Notes: a model not told the origin generated them from the sequence alone. A stretch of 64,000 nucleotides of DNA from Nitrosotalea sp. (GCA_050749105.1 JBOGQT010000042.1:967-64966), one strand, 5' to 3'; positions 44,788 through 55,950 are shown, numbered from the stretch's first letter. Numbers and translations are program-made.

Positions 44788-46950
44788 TTGCTGGGTAAAT
44801 TGTTATTAAAAACTAGTATTATTTTTGCTTTAATCATCAGCAGTACGTTTGTCACCATCATACCTATGGCACAAGCTGCATCAGGCTTGGTTACAGTGAC
44901 TGCAACAAATGTAGGAGATAAAACCACACTCCAAGTTACCAATAGTCCTTCAGGTACTTCCAATATTGCGTCGTTTATGTTACAGATCAAAAATGGAAAT
45001 TTTCAATCGTTTACATTACAAAATGGTTGGATGGGAAAGAAAACGTCACCTACAACTATAGCTTTTTTTTCTTCAACTCCCATCATGCCCAGCAATTCTA
45101 CAACATTTACAATTAACACAGATCAATCTACGCCAGATCTTGTATGGACTGCATCTGATGCAAACAATAATCAATTAGGCACTGGTGAAATTGGCGCTCC
45201 TCCTCCCACACCACAAAATCAGGGAGGACAAGGTCAACAACAAAACCAACAAACTAACCAGCCTCCACCACAACCAAATCCAGGAATACTATCAGAATCA
45301 ACTTTCAGAATTATACCTTCAACCCCTGCACCAGGTTTTGATGTGCGTGTTGTGGGACAGAGTTTTTCAGCGTCAACGCCTCTTGATTTGTACATAGGTA
45401 GCCAAAAGATAGACACTTTTTCATCAGATAGTAACGGAAACTTTGTTGTTACTACTACGATCCCGCAAACGCAACAACCCGGAAGTGCAGATTTTGTTCT
45501 AAAGGATCAAGTAAACAACCAGAAAACATTCACTACGTCCATAGAACAGACACCACAGTCGCGTACAACAGGTACAACAACAACAATTCCGTTAACAGTA
45601 AATGTCCAACCTATTTTGCATCCAGGAGACACTCAAGAGATCAATGGAACTGCAGACCCTGGAAGTACTGTAACTATGTCCATATTGGATTCAACTGGAA
45701 CAAGCATAACAACTTTTACAGCAACTGCTGACAAAAATGGAAACTATGCAGTTTCACGAACAATTCCTATTGATAGGGCATTTGGAAAATATACAATAGC
45801 AGTATCAGATGAGAAAGACCAAGTTTCTAAAGAGTATACCATAGTGACCGTTCATCAAATCTCAATATCCACTCCGCAACAAGAATACAATCCAGGAGAC
45901 ACCGTGGTGATAAATGGTACTTCGATATCAAACCAGCCAGTATCTATGGTAGTAACAGACCCAACTGGAGTCCAAGTCTTTGCAAAAGATGTCAATGTTA
46001 CAGCTGATGGAAATATATCAACGTCATATCAGGTAGAGTCTTCTGCCATTACAGGCACTTACATTATTACTGCATCACAAGGAAATGATGCGGTATCGCT
46101 ATACATTGGAGTAGGTGTCGAACCAGTGGCACAACTGACTGCTACTTTGAATCAATTGAATTACCAACTTACGGACAAACCAATACTTGATATTTCTGGT
46201 CCACCGGGCGCCACATTAAATTTAGTAATAATAGATCCATCTGACCAAGAAAAGTTTTCTGACATTGTTGCATTAGGACAAGATGGTATTGCCACATATT
46301 CATTCAACTTGACATCTTATACTCCTGGCATTTATGCCGTTGCGCTAACTAGGGGTAATGACAAGGTAGTAACGGAGTTTTCAGTAGGACTTCAGACGGG
46401 CTGCGGACAGATAAGCATTAGAACTGTAAAAGACACGTACTTCCCTGGAGACAGCCTTCTCATTTTCGGCAATGCCAATCCAAACTGCATCATACAACTT
46501 AGTTTAACAGATCCAAATAGCCAACAAGTAAAAACTGAACAAACTTTTGTAGGCAAGTCTGGCTTATTTTCAGCATTTGATTTTAGAATTCCCGATGACG
46601 GTGTACCAGGCACTTGGAGACTAGATGCCACTAGTGGTATAGATCACATAAGCTCCAATATCAATGTAAGACTAGAGACCACAATGACCATCCAATTGGA
46701 CAAGAATCCCCCGATCTATGCAAGAGGAGATATTGTTCAAATCTCTGGAAGTGGCGTAGGCCAATCAGCTGACGTGCTTATCAGCATACTTGGAAGCAAT
46801 TCAACTCTTGACACTTTACAGATCCAATCAACAAATCGTGGAGATTATAGTACAGAATGGGTCATACCTACGGCCTTTGTTCCTGGAACCTTTACTATAC
46901 AAGTATCATCCATAGTAGGTAAGATAACCACGCCCATAACAATTCAATAA
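44788..46950 (+). CDS. large secreted surface protein with repeated beta-sandwich-like modules
   Basis: TTG start, signal-like N-terminus, Q/N/P-rich linker, and recurrent ..GD.V.I.G.A.P...V...V.D modules. Confidence 0.55.
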   Translation: MLGKLLLKTSIIFALIISSTFVTIIPMAQAASGLVTVTATNVGDKTTLQVTNSPSGTSNIASFMLQIKNGNFQSFTLQNGWMGKKTSPTTIAFFSSTPIMPSNSTTFTINTDQSTPDLVWTASDANNNQLGTGEIGAPPPTPQNQGGQGQQQNQQTNQPPPQPNPGILSESTFRIIPSTPAPGFDVRVVGQSFSASTPLDLYIGSQKIDTFSSDSNGNFVVTTTIPQTQQPGSADFVLKDQVNNQKTFTTSIEQTPQSRTTGTTTTIPLTVNVQPILHPGDTQEINGTADPGSTVTMSILDSTGTSITTFTATADKNGNYAVSRTIPIDRAFGKYTIAVSDEKDQVSKEYTIVTVHQISISTPQQEYNPGDTVVINGTSISNQPVSMVVTDPTGVQVFAKDVNVTADGNISTSYQVESSAITGTYIITASQGNDAVSLYIGVGVEPVAQLTATLNQLNYQLTDKPILDISGPPGATLNLVIIDPSDQEKFSDIVALGQDGIATYSFNLTSYTPGIYAVALTRGNDKVVTEFSVGLQTGCGQISIRTVKDTYFPGDSLLIFGNANPNCIIQLSLTDPNSQQVKTEQTFVGKSGLFSAFDFRIPDDGVPGTWRLDATSGIDHISSNINVRLETTMTIQLDKNPPIYARGDIVQISGSGVGQSADVLISILGSNSTLDTLQIQSTNRGDYSTEWVIPTAFVPGTFTIQVSSIVGKITTPITIQ

Positions 46951-46998
46951 ACTCTAGATTGGGAAATATTTTTTACATCCACAGATTGTGAATCATTT

Positions 46999-47511
46999 GT
47001 GAATCTAAGAGAAAAAATTGCAGAAATACCCAACTTTCCAAAAAAAGGCATTCTATTCATGGATATTAGTCCTCTTTTAAGAGACCCGGCAGCACTCTCA
47101 CTTGTGATAGACGAATTCTCAAAACGCATTCATCATAATGAAGTGGATGTCTTTGTCGGGATAGAATCAAGAGGTTTTCCATTGGCTTGTGCGCTGGCTC
47201 TCAAATATAACAAGGGAATGATAATGGTAAGAAAACAAGGAAAACTGCCCGGTCTCACGCATAAACTGACGTACAAGATAGAATATGGTACTGCAACGAT
47301 GGAAATTCAAGATGGTGCAGTAAAAAAAGGTGAACGCGTTTTCATATGTGATGATTTACTTGCAACCGGTGGCACGGCAAAAGCTGCTGCCAAGCTTGTT
47401 GAAAAATTAGGCGGTATTGTTACTGGTTTTGCGTTCATCATAGAATTGACAGACCTGAAAGGATCTAAAGCAATCAAGGACTATAGATACGAATCATTGG
47501 TGAAATATTGA
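46999..47511 (+). CDS. apt: adenine phosphoribosyltransferase
   Basis: [18 protein letters not shown] motif [13 protein letters not shown]. Confidence 0.85.
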   Translation: MNLREKIAEIPNFPKKGILFMDISPLLRDPAALSLVIDEFSKRIHHNEVDVFVGIESRGFPLACALALKYNKGMIMVRKQGKLPGLTHKLTYKIEYGTATMEIQDGAVKKGERVFICDDLLATGGTAKAAAKLVEKLGGIVTGFAFIIELTDLKGSKAIKDYRYESLVKY

Positions 47512-48302
47512 CAGAGCAGGCTGAAATAGGAATATTCGGTGGTACTGGTATTTATGATCCAGGCTTGCTAAATGAAAGTAAGGAAATTACAATAGATACA
47601 CCGTTTGGAAAGACTTCTGATTCCATAACGGTTGGAGTTTACAAGGGTAGAAAGGTTGCGTTTATGCCCAGACATGGAAAAAAACACACAATTCCTCCAC
47701 ATCTGATAAACTTTAGAGCAAACATTTGGGCCTTCAAGGAGATGGGAATAAAGCGAATAATAGCTCCATCTGCAGTTGGCAGCCTGCAAGAGAAATTGAA
47801 GCCTGGTGATTTTGTAGTTCCTGTTCAGTTTATCGATTTTACAAAATCAAGAAAATATACTTTATTTGAAGACGGTAAAGTAATCCACATATCTGTAGCA
47901 GATCCCTTTTGCCCAGAGCTTCAAACCTCAGTATATAGTGCAGCAAAAAAGATGGATTTACACTTACACAAAGATGCAACATATGTCTGCATAGAGGGAC
48001 CCAGATTCTCCACAAGAGCAGAATCCAAATTCTACAAGAATGTCATAGGAGCTGATATCATAGGAATGACCTTGGTTCCAGAATGCCAACTTGCAAGAGA
48101 AGCCCAAATGTGCTATGTCTCAATCTCCACTGTTACAGATTATGACGTATGGGCAGACAAACCAGTTACTGCAAAGGAGGTTTTAGAAACACTATCGAAA
48201 AATGTACACACCACAAAGAATCTTCTTGGAGTGCTACTTGATTTGATACCTCAACAAAGAAGTTGTTCTTGCGCTAAAGCATTGGAAGAAGCAGGATTTT
48301 AG
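47508..48302 (+). CDS. mtnP: S-methyl-5'-thioadenosine phosphorylase
   Basis: [54 protein letters not shown]. Confidence 0.85.
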   Translation: MTEQAEIGIFGGTGIYDPGLLNESKEITIDTPFGKTSDSITVGVYKGRKVAFMPRHGKKHTIPPHLINFRANIWAFKEMGIKRIIAPSAVGSLQEKLKPGDFVVPVQFIDFTKSRKYTLFEDGKVIHISVADPFCPELQTSVYSAAKKMDLHLHKDATYVCIEGPRFSTRAESKFYKNVIGADIIGMTLVPECQLAREAQMCYVSISTVTDYDVWADKPVTAKEVLETLSKNVHTTKNLLGVLLDLIPQQRSCSCAKALEEAGF

Positions 48303-48583
48303 CTGTCTGCAAAGGATTCTTTTTTAAGCCCCTCAGGAAGAGATATGTCTCCATGAACTAGTTTTTGTTGTAATTCATTTATCACGTCATCTACGTTATA
48401 GCCAAGTTTTGTTAGTTCTTTTTCAACAGATTTTGAAATTTTTGCACCAATGTTATGCCCCCCTATTCTTCCAAAGGCAATAGCGTTAAACTTGAAGGAA
48501 TTACCATCTACTGTAAAGATGCCTGTTATCTTGGCTGCAATTTGACTACCATTTACATTTTTGATATGAACCTCAAGATTCAT
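48299..48583 (-). CDS. hypothetical protein
   Basis: 94-aa ORF. Confidence 0.35.
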   Translation of the reverse strand: MNLEVHIKNVNGSQIAAKITGIFTVDGNSFKFNAIAFGRIGGHNIGAKISKSVEKELTKLGYNVDDVINELQQKLVHGDISLPEGLKKESFADS

Positions 48584-48591
48584 ACTAAATT

Positions 48592-48990
48592 CTATATCTC
48601 TACTGCCTTATTTACAGAGTTTTCAATTAGAAAGTTCCAGTGCTTGTCATCTTCGATTTTGAAGTCGTTCACCTTAAGAGTGATAACCTTTTCTCCCAAA
48701 CATTCATGTTGAATTTCATCATCTTTTTTAATTTTAACAAGCTTCCACTTGTCCTTGTGTTTTTTTAGATTGCATAAAAGAACTGCCCATTTCTGATCTG
48801 GAGAAATTTTTGGCATTCCAACATAATCTACAATGCTCTCAATTCCTAATTGTTTTTCTTCACAAAATATTTTCTTGCACTTTGCGCAACGCCAAGTATC
48901 TACAGAACCAATTGTCCTTTTCTCATAATTTATGTTAGTAACTCCAAAGTAAACTATCTCATGTTTACAGGATTCTGTATCTACAGACAT
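48592..48990 (-). CDS. hypothetical protein with Cys pairs
   Basis: 132 aa; CKHE...WRCAKCKKIFC. Confidence 0.35.
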   Translation of the reverse strand: MSVDTESCKHEIVYFGVTNINYEKRTIGSVDTWRCAKCKKIFCEEKQLGIESIVDYVGMPKISPDQKWAVLLCNLKKHKDKWKLVKIKKDDEIQHECLGEKVITLKVNDFKIEDDKHWNFLIENSVNKAVEI

Positions 48991-49012
48991 GGTTCCTTCT
49001 CAATATTGGGTT

Positions 49013-49396
49013 CTATTTAGTTCTTGCATCATCATATGGTTTTTCTAAAATAATTGATATGTTATCAACAAGCAAATTCTTTTTAAAAGGAATATTTTCT
49101 CTCAAACACATTCTTCTATACATATTAACCACGGCAAATCGCGGATGCATGGACTCAAACTCTGTCTTTGTAATATCAATAAAACCTCCCAAATCAACAA
49201 GATTTTTTGCTACTTCAAGTGCTTGTGAATTTGATATGCCGAGACTTTGTGCAATATCCTCTGGAGATTTTTTTCCACTTTTTACAATCAAGACAAAAAC
49301 TTTTGCTTGCAATGGTAACAACCTGAGTTCTGAGACAAGCTTTTCTTCAACATCATTGATGCTTACACTCACAAGTGCAAAGACAAATTTTGCCAT
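49013..49396 (-). CDS. TrmB-like winged-helix transcriptional regulator
   Basis: LQAKVFVLIVKSGKKSPEDIAQSLGISNSQALEVAKNLVDLG. Confidence 0.5.
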   Translation of the reverse strand: MAKFVFALVSVSINDVEEKLVSELRLLPLQAKVFVLIVKSGKKSPEDIAQSLGISNSQALEVAKNLVDLGGFIDITKTEFESMHPRFAVVNMYRRMCLRENIPFKKNLLVDNISIILEKPYDDARTK

Positions 49397-49449
49397 AATT
49401 AAAGATGCTCAAACTATGAAATTAAATAACGAAGACGAATAGTTCTATC

Positions 49450-50025
49450 ATGAAACTGGTGGTAGGGATAACAGGTAGTTCTGGAATTGTCTATGGAATA
49501 AGAATGCTCGAAGTCCTAAAGCGTTGTAATATTGATGTTCATCTCATAATGACTGAATGGGCTAAAAAATGCCTAACGTTGGAAACAGATTTTGATCTAA
49601 AATATGTCAAATCTTTGGCAAATGGTTATTCTGAAGATTCTAACATGGCTGCAAATATTTCAAGCGGCACACACAAAACCGATGGAATGATCATAATACC
49701 CTGCAGTATGAAAACACTCTCAGGCATAGCCAATGGTTATGAAGAAACCCTGGTTGCGCGAGCTGCAGGTGTCACAATAAAAGAATCTCGCAAACTGGTG
49801 ATTGTTCCAAGAGAGACGCCATTAACAAGCATACATCTTGAAAACATGTTAAAGCTTGCAAGAATAGGAATAGTCATCTTGCCTGCAATGCCTGGATTTT
49901 ATAACAGACCAAAAAATGTGGATGACTTGTTAAATCACGTAGTAGGGAAATGCCTCGATCAATTCAATATCGAGCATGATCTTTTCAAGAGATGGGGAAC
50001 CCCACAATCCTCAATTGATAATTGA
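49450..50025 (+). CDS. ubiX: flavin prenyltransferase UbiX
   Basis: MKLVVGITGSSGIVYG, IIPCSMKTLSGIANG, VIVPRETPL. Confidence 0.85.
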   Translation: MKLVVGITGSSGIVYGIRMLEVLKRCNIDVHLIMTEWAKKCLTLETDFDLKYVKSLANGYSEDSNMAANISSGTHKTDGMIIIPCSMKTLSGIANGYEETLVARAAGVTIKESRKLVIVPRETPLTSIHLENMLKLARIGIVILPAMPGFYNRPKNVDDLLNHVVGKCLDQFNIEHDLFKRWGTPQSSIDN

Positions 50026-50096
50026 AAAGGACGATCTGAAGAATACGGTCAGAATTAGTTTGCAAATTCAACGAGTGTTTATATTTGGATATATGA

Positions 50097-50585
50097 TTGC
50101 TTATACAGAATAGATTGGCTAGCTACAAAAATCGATATTCTAATGATAAATCGTTTGATTTCATAATCCCACTGATGGTGTTGTTATTCTTGGGAGTTGT
50201 GTACGTATTATCATTAAGAAATGACTCTGGATATGTTAGCTTCATTTTGATCGGAATAACAGGAGCAATCATGATTTATTGGGTCAAAGTGCTCAAGAAA
50301 ATGACAAAAGATAGTCAGCCACAATATACGCCTAAAGAGTCTGAGACAAAGAATTGGGTATACGATCTGATCAAAGGTGATAATGAAATTGTATTTGTAG
50401 CAGAAGTACCAGGACCAGAGGATCAGGTAACAGTTAGACTAATTGATGGAATCTTATACGTGCGTGGCTCAGCTCACTTTTCAAAAGAAGTGCCAATCGA
50501 GGCTACACCTGACATGGGCATCCATGATTTCAAGTACAAAAATGGTGTACTGACACTAAGAATAAAAAAACTAGAAGCTCTTTGA
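50097..50585 (+). CDS. Hsp20/alpha-crystallin family protein with N-terminal TM segments
   Basis: ACD-like IVFVAEVPGPEDQVTVRLIDGILYVRG...FKYKNGVLTLRIKK. Confidence 0.65.
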   Translation: MLIQNRLASYKNRYSNDKSFDFIIPLMVLLFLGVVYVLSLRNDSGYVSFILIGITGAIMIYWVKVLKKMTKDSQPQYTPKESETKNWVYDLIKGDNEIVFVAEVPGPEDQVTVRLIDGILYVRGSAHFSKEVPIEATPDMGIHDFKYKNGVLTLRIKKLEAL

Positions 50586-51674
50586 TTCTTCCAGTTTTGC
50601 TGGAAGGTACTTGTCTGTAATATTTGTCAGGCCATACTTTGAGAATGCCTCTAGTTCGGCTTTTCTCTTAAGTTTTAGAAACACTTCCAATTGTTTCTTC
50701 CAGTTTCCTTCTTGATATCTCGGATCCTTTTGCAAGTCATAGATTCTTTTAATGTCAGACTCGGTCATTGGAATGGTTGGAAGTTTGTATTTTTCAATAT
50801 CGGTTGCCCATACTCCAAGCCATTTGGCATCAGGGACTGTCAGTTCACGCAGGTGAGCTGCATTGGCTGATCCAGATTTTATAACCATAGCAATGTGTTC
50901 ACCATATACGTCACCATCAGCCAAAATTACTACTGGAAGACCCATTTCCTGATTCAGTCTCCTCAAAAGGTTTCGTGTAGAACGTGGCGCCTGACCTGCA
51001 GTGTCCACAATAATTGACTTGAATTTTTTGTGCACATTTTCTTCCACAAATCTTGTGAAAAGACCACCCTTCTCAATTGCGATGACTAGTTCAGCGCTAG
51101 TGTCTACCAATTCTGCACTGCTAAGACTTGGACCAATCAAATATCCATCAGGGTGATCAGAGAGATTCATCCTTTTACCTTCGTATCCCGGTACTGTATA
51201 TTCAATTGTCAGGTCACCAAAGACGCTGCTTCTCTCCTCAGGGAAGATATGAAATTCTTCACGTGGACTTGAGGTCACAGCCTCCAAGTCTACAATAATA
51301 TTATCAGATTCTGGCTGGTCTTCAAAGTCTATACTAAATGCTTGGGATGAATAGTAAATGTCTCTTAATGTAGATGACTTGCCCTCTCTTACCAACCTAT
51401 TAACAAAAAATGCAAGCCATGCAAGCTGTGTGTAAGAGCGAAGTTGTGACATGTTTCGTGAGCTTCTAACTGCATTTGCATTGCCTAGTATGTACTGTCT
51501 TAGCTTCTTGTCATAGACAATGTTGTTTACTGATCTGCTAGGAATAACAAACTGCGGAAACTTGCCCTGATCAAGATGATCATATATGTTAAGACCGTGT
51601 TTCTGCAATACAGAAAGAAGATTCTCTTTTCTTATTTCTGCTGTTTTTGTTTTAGACTTGTTCTTCAATTTCAC
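50571..51674 (-). CDS. top6A: DNA topoisomerase VI subunit A
   Basis: Spo11-like 5Y-CAP region and a Toprim domain (IEKGGLF, VVILADGDVYG). Confidence 0.9.
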   Translation of the reverse strand: MKLKNKSKTKTAEIRKENLLSVLQKHGLNIYDHLDQGKFPQFVIPSRSVNNIVYDKKLRQYILGNANAVRSSRNMSQLRSYTQLAWLAFFVNRLVREGKSSTLRDIYYSSQAFSIDFEDQPESDNIIVDLEAVTSSPREEFHIFPEERSSVFGDLTIEYTVPGYEGKRMNLSDHPDGYLIGPSLSSAELVDTSAELVIAIEKGGLFTRFVEENVHKKFKSIIVDTAGQAPRSTRNLLRRLNQEMGLPVVILADGDVYGEHIAMVIKSGSANAAHLRELTVPDAKWLGVWATDIEKYKLPTIPMTESDIKRIYDLQKDPRYQEGNWKKQLEVFLKLKRKAELEAFSKYGLTNITDKYLPAKLEESKSF

Positions 51675-53580
51675 TTCCCATCTTTACTAGCTGTTTATAA
51701 TTTGGTTCCTTTTTCTTTCCAGATAATTCTGTCGCAAATTGAGATATAAGCGGAACATATTTTGCGTAAAGGTTAGCTCTTTTCTTTGCCATGTCTGCTG
51801 CTCCCTGTCTTGACATGTGAACTGCAAGCTTTCTTGCCAAAAACTGCAATGCGTTTTTTAACTCACGTTCAAGTTCTGGCCTGTCTGCTACGTTCTCTTT
51901 TCCCACAGTTTTATACGGAATTCTAGTGGAACAGATATGGGACACTATGACAAGAGGTGGGTCTCCTTTTATCTTGTACCTGCTCCAATCCATCTCATTA
52001 ACTATCTTTAGTACAACATCACTTCCTTCATCATAAAGTAACGGAATCCTGTTAGCAAACCTGTATACCTTAAGCCCTGCTGACGGAATGTCTCCACCGT
52101 ATGCAATACCCATCTCCACAACAAATGGAAATCCTGAATATGCAGACGCGCTACGTTGTAGTACAGAAGCAAATTCTGGATTGAAGAACTTCATAATCCC
52201 TTTAGAAAGAGGCTCTTCTCCCAATGGTGCAAGACAGCTTGGATCAGGAGACAAGAAATCTTCAAACTTTTGCAATGCGTCAGCTAATCTGACTAGTTCC
52301 TCATTTGTCATGCTACCTATCCTTCTTTCAGGCTTGAGTTTTGCAAATTCGCAGAATTTTTCTGCAGTAGTAGGACCTACTCTTTGGAATCTTTTGGTCA
52401 GAAAGGCAAGCAAGGTGTCGCCCTGTATGGTGTTTGCAAGCTGCTTGTAGTAGGGACTTTCCGGATCAAGTTCTATTGCATGAGATTGTGATTCACCAAA
52501 ATCCCAGTAAGTGATTTTTTTGTTGGCAACATCAATGTCATCAATTCTTATCTTCTGTAACCCACCAAAATCAACATTCAAAAATGACATGACGGCAACT
52601 ATTGTTCTTACTGGCCTTGATAGATCCGACCACCGCTTCTGGGCTTTCTCAAGTATGTCCTTAGTTGTAAAATTTTTCTTGTGACCCAATTCCTTCTTTA
52701 CTTTCTCTATCATTTTATTGTCAACCGCGGGAATCTGGTAATGAGTATCCACTATCATTCGCCTTATTGTTTCAACATCCACACCATGTGGATGCGGTTT
52801 GATTATCGTAGGTGGAGATGGCATCTCCTTTACAATTCTTGAATAGGTGGATTTTTCGCCAGACGGGTCTTCAAATGTTATTGAAGCATAAGGGGTGATA
52901 AGTGATGTTTGAGAAACATAGTCGCGTATCTTTGAGCCTGCCTTTGAGTAATCTCCCTCAAGTACAATACTGACAGAAAGTCCCGTCTTTGATGCTTCCT
53001 TTGTATTATGTTTTAAAATTACGGGTTTGTTTTTCTGTATGTCAAGCAACATCACAAATTCATCAATGGTTTTCCCATCAGAGCAGCTCTTGACAGTAAC
53101 TGGTTTGTTTGTAGTTATTTGGCCATACAATATAGCCATAGTAGCACCAAGGCCAAACATTCCTCTTGCCTGTTTGAGGCCAAATTTTGAGCCATAAAGG
53201 ACGGTGCCAAATGCATGCGGCACGTGTTTGGACTCGATACCAGGACCGTTGTCTTTTACTGTCAAGATGTAATGTTTTGGATCTGATTGTTCTGCATCTA
53301 CTGCTTTTATTGATAGATGAATATCAGGTAGGATTTTCTTTTGGTCACAAGCGTCAAGTGCATTTTCTACAAATTCTCTTACTGATGTGTATAATGACCT
53401 AGTAGGATTACTAAAACCTGCAAGATCTCTATTTCTGTAAAAAAACTCGCTAGGTGAGATCTGGCTGAAAGTCTCTTTACTCAAAGATGTTTTCACCCTC
53501 CCAGAGTTGTAGTTTTTCCATCTTTTGTCTTCTCCTTGATTCTTGGAGATCATTGTAAACCTTCCCATGAGTACTGCCAT
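51652..53580 (-). CDS. top6B: DNA topoisomerase VI subunit B
   Basis: GHKL ATPase motifs EFVENALDA and DNGPGI. The true start is probably internal (a GTG at 53496 is possible), since the 5' end overlaps the upstream gene. Confidence 0.9.
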   Translation of the reverse strand: MAVLMGRFTMISKNQGEDKRWKNYNSGRVKTSLSKETFSQISPSEFFYRNRDLAGFSNPTRSLYTSVREFVENALDACDQKKILPDIHLSIKAVDAEQSDPKHYILTVKDNGPGIESKHVPHAFGTVLYGSKFGLKQARGMFGLGATMAILYGQITTNKPVTVKSCSDGKTIDEFVMLLDIQKNKPVILKHNTKEASKTGLSVSIVLEGDYSKAGSKIRDYVSQTSLITPYASITFEDPSGEKSTYSRIVKEMPSPPTIIKPHPHGVDVETIRRMIVDTHYQIPAVDNKMIEKVKKELGHKKNFTTKDILEKAQKRWSDLSRPVRTIVAVMSFLNVDFGGLQKIRIDDIDVANKKITYWDFGESQSHAIELDPESPYYKQLANTIQGDTLLAFLTKRFQRVGPTTAEKFCEFAKLKPERRIGSMTNEELVRLADALQKFEDFLSPDPSCLAPLGEEPLSKGIMKFFNPEFASVLQRSASAYSGFPFVVEMGIAYGGDIPSAGLKVYRFANRIPLLYDEGSDVVLKIVNEMDWSRYKIKGDPPLVIVSHICSTRIPYKTVGKENVADRPELERELKNALQFLARKLAVHMSRQGAADMAKKRANLYAKYVPLISQFATELSGKKKEPNYKQLVKMGSEIEEQV

Positions 53581-54049
53581 TTGAAAGAGAGGTGATTGCT
53601 TGGACTGCGGATCTTAGCTGTTTATCCTCTCCTATTATGGCAACCGTACGGCCATAAACCGAAACACTGGAACCACTTAGATCCTCAACATTTTTTCTAA
53701 CTCGTCCACCTTCCCCTATTATTCTGCCCTTTACTCGTTCTATTTGAGATGTTGATTTGCCCACAAACTCTCGTAAATCAATTATGTGTAATGAGTTTTC
53801 GCCTTCAAGAAGTCGCATGGCTTTGTCAGGAGAAAATCCTCTCCCTATTGCCAGTACAATCTCTTCTGCTTTAAATGGTAACATATTTTCAACATCACCG
53901 TCTCCACTAACAGTAACTTCACCTGTTTGACTATCAATGGATAAAGAAACAGCACATTTTTTTTCTATCTTTGCCTTTACTTTTCCGGATTTACCTATTA
54001 AAGCTCCCACTCTCTCAAGAGGAATTAATACAATCTTTTCAAAGATCAT
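53477..54049 (-). CDS. KH-domain RNA-binding protein (Dim2/Pno1-like)
   Basis: GxxG loops in IGKSGKVK and IGEGGRVR, plus the conserved context next to the RIO kinase. Confidence 0.75.
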   Translation of the reverse strand: MIFEKIVLIPLERVGALIGKSGKVKAKIEKKCAVSLSIDSQTGEVTVSGDGDVENMLPFKAEEIVLAIGRGFSPDKAMRLLEGENSLHIIDLREFVGKSTSQIERVKGRIIGEGGRVRKNVEDLSGSSVSVYGRTVAIIGEDKQLRSAVQAITSLSNGSTHGKVYNDLQESRRRQKMEKLQLWEGENIFE

Positions 54050-54834
54050 TTCATTATCATCTCCTTTATCACATCAGATGGGTTTGTAACCGTCAATCCC
54101 CTTTTAACAAAGAATTTAGTTATATTTTTAATGTCTCGCTCAAGAAATTCCATTGCGTTTGGATGTTTTATGCCTACAGCAGATCCAAGATCAAAAACTA
54201 CCAGTTCTTTTTTGGTCTTAAAGACATTATATTCTGAAAAATCTGCATGCACAATATTTGCTTTATTGTATAAATCATCAATAATAGAGATAGCATTTTT
54301 GTAATCGTTGTAATCAACTTCGGTTTCGACCAATGTAGGTTCTGGCATACCATTTTTTCCCATGAATTCCATTACAAGTACGTTTTTTATCACAGTTATT
54401 GGTTTTACGCACGGTATTTTGCTATTGAGGCATTGTTTTAGGTTCCCAAACTCCTTTTGTGCCCAGAGTTCGACCAAGTGTCTGGTTCCTTTTCGTATCT
54501 TCGTGAATCTAGGATCTCCTAACAAATACGGTTGCCTTTTTTTGAAATTCGAAGTTGCTACAAGATATATCTTTAACACCAGATCTTTTCCAGAAGGATC
54601 AACTGCCCAGTATGTCTTTTATTCTTTGCCTGAGCCCACAGCACCATTCACATAAGAGATTGTTCCAGAGTTTATCAGACCTGAAACTGTCATCATTGTG
54701 GATTTATCAAAGACCTCATCGAGAACTTTGTTTTTGTCAAATCCATCTTTTTCAATTTTTTTTTCTCTATCTTTTTCTAAAAGCCTATCATCAATCCGTT
54801 TTGCTAGCTTTTTTTGAAGGTCGTCAATCAACAT
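54046..54834 (-). pseudogene. RIO-type Ser/Thr kinase reading frame interrupted by one in-frame TAA
   Basis: One frame reads ...NGAVGSGKE-TAA-KTYWAVDPSGKDLVLKIY...LVMEFMG...IVHADFSEYN...FDLGSAV. The stop is at 54619-54621. Confidence 0.75.
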
Positions 54835-54871
54835 TTTGAATTAAACAGACTTGGTAAAATTAATTACGTTG

Positions 54872-55183
54872 TCAGAAATCTTTTGGCAAGTGCCCGTTTA
54901 CCTTTAGCCAATCTACTTGTGATAATGTGTATCTCCATGTGATATCGCCTCTATCGTCTGCTTTGAAATCCCAAGGTGCGATAACAACAATATCATTGTC
55001 ACGAATCCATATTTTTCTTTTCAATTTACCTCGAATTCTTCCCATTCTTGTTTTATCATCACTGCATTTTACTAAAACATGATCACTGCCCAATAATTTT
55101 ATAACTCTACCAAGCATCTCTCCCTCTTCAGGAATTTTCATTTCCTTTAGTTCACTTTCGTTTAACACTTTGCGTTTACCCAA
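54872..55183 (-). CDS. eif1A: translation initiation factor aIF-1A
   Basis: S1-fold GRVIKLLGSDHVLVKCSDDKTRMGRIRGKLKRKIWIRDNDIVVIAPWDF. Confidence 0.9.
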   Translation of the reverse strand: MGKRKVLNESELKEMKIPEEGEMLGRVIKLLGSDHVLVKCSDDKTRMGRIRGKLKRKIWIRDNDIVVIAPWDFKADDRGDITWRYTLSQVDWLKVNGHLPKDF

Positions 55184-55230
55184 AATTCTCAGTCTTCGAT
55201 CTGCTCAGTATGTATATAACTGTTGTATTT

Positions 55231-55527
55231 TCAAAATTTAAAAACAAGAAGGGTTGGCACACCATCAATCTTTTTTATTCCTTTTGATGATCCCACTCCA
55301 ATTTTTACAGACAGTTCAATTGTCTTTTCCCCAACCATGTTAATGATGGAAGAATTTCGTAGTAATTGTGCCGCTTCTTTTTCGTCTACAATTCTCTCGG
55401 CAAAATAGCTTTTACTTATGTTCATTGTCAGATCTGATTTGACTAGCGTCCTTCCAACTAAATCAACGTCGCATATGTTCAACATTTTATTACGTTGATG
55501 ATTAACAGTTCTTACAGCAAAGGCCAT
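55231..55527 (-). CDS. DUF424 family protein
   Basis: LNICDVDLVGRTL...SYFAERIVDEKEA..LL...SIINMVGEKTI pattern, plus archaeal context. Confidence 0.55.
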   Translation of the reverse strand: MAFAVRTVNHQRNKMLNICDVDLVGRTLVKSDLTMNISKSYFAERIVDEKEAAQLLRNSSIINMVGEKTIELSVKIGVGSSKGIKKIDGVPTLLVFKF

Positions 55528-55950
55528 TTACGCATATTGACCCTTTAGGGGTGATTTCGCGCCACATGCTTCACAGACAAGAAAGTGTACTCGATTAGAT
55601 CTTTCTACCCTAGTATCTGGACTCTTACATGTAGGACATTCCACATATTCCTTGACGTATATGTTCAGAAGAGATGTGAATTCACTAGGCTCCTTCTTAC
55701 CTACAAACACAGCTTTATCACCTGTAAATTGAGCCGGGGTTGCAAATTCTTTAGAAAGATACTGGAGTATTTTTTCAGGTTCTCTACGCAAGACCTTTGG
55801 AAATTCTGAAAAATTTCGAAAGAATGTTCTATTTCCTTGCCACATGATGTCTACTTTGGGAAGCTCAAATCTAGATGTAGTATCCTTTCTAGTTTCAGAT
55901 ACCTTGTCTTGTACTTTCTTAAGCAGTTTTTCATAATCGCTCTTTGTCAA
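55528..55950 (-). CDS. eif2B: translation initiation factor aIF-2 subunit beta
   Basis: YVECPTCKSPDTRVER..RVHFLVCEACGA zinc ribbon; N-terminal YEKLL. Confidence 0.9.
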   Translation of the reverse strand: MTKSDYEKLLKKVQDKVSETRKDTTSRFELPKVDIMWQGNRTFFRNFSEFPKVLRREPEKILQYLSKEFATPAQFTGDKAVFVGKKEPSEFTSLLNIYVKEYVECPTCKSPDTRVERSNRVHFLVCEACGAKSPLKGQYA

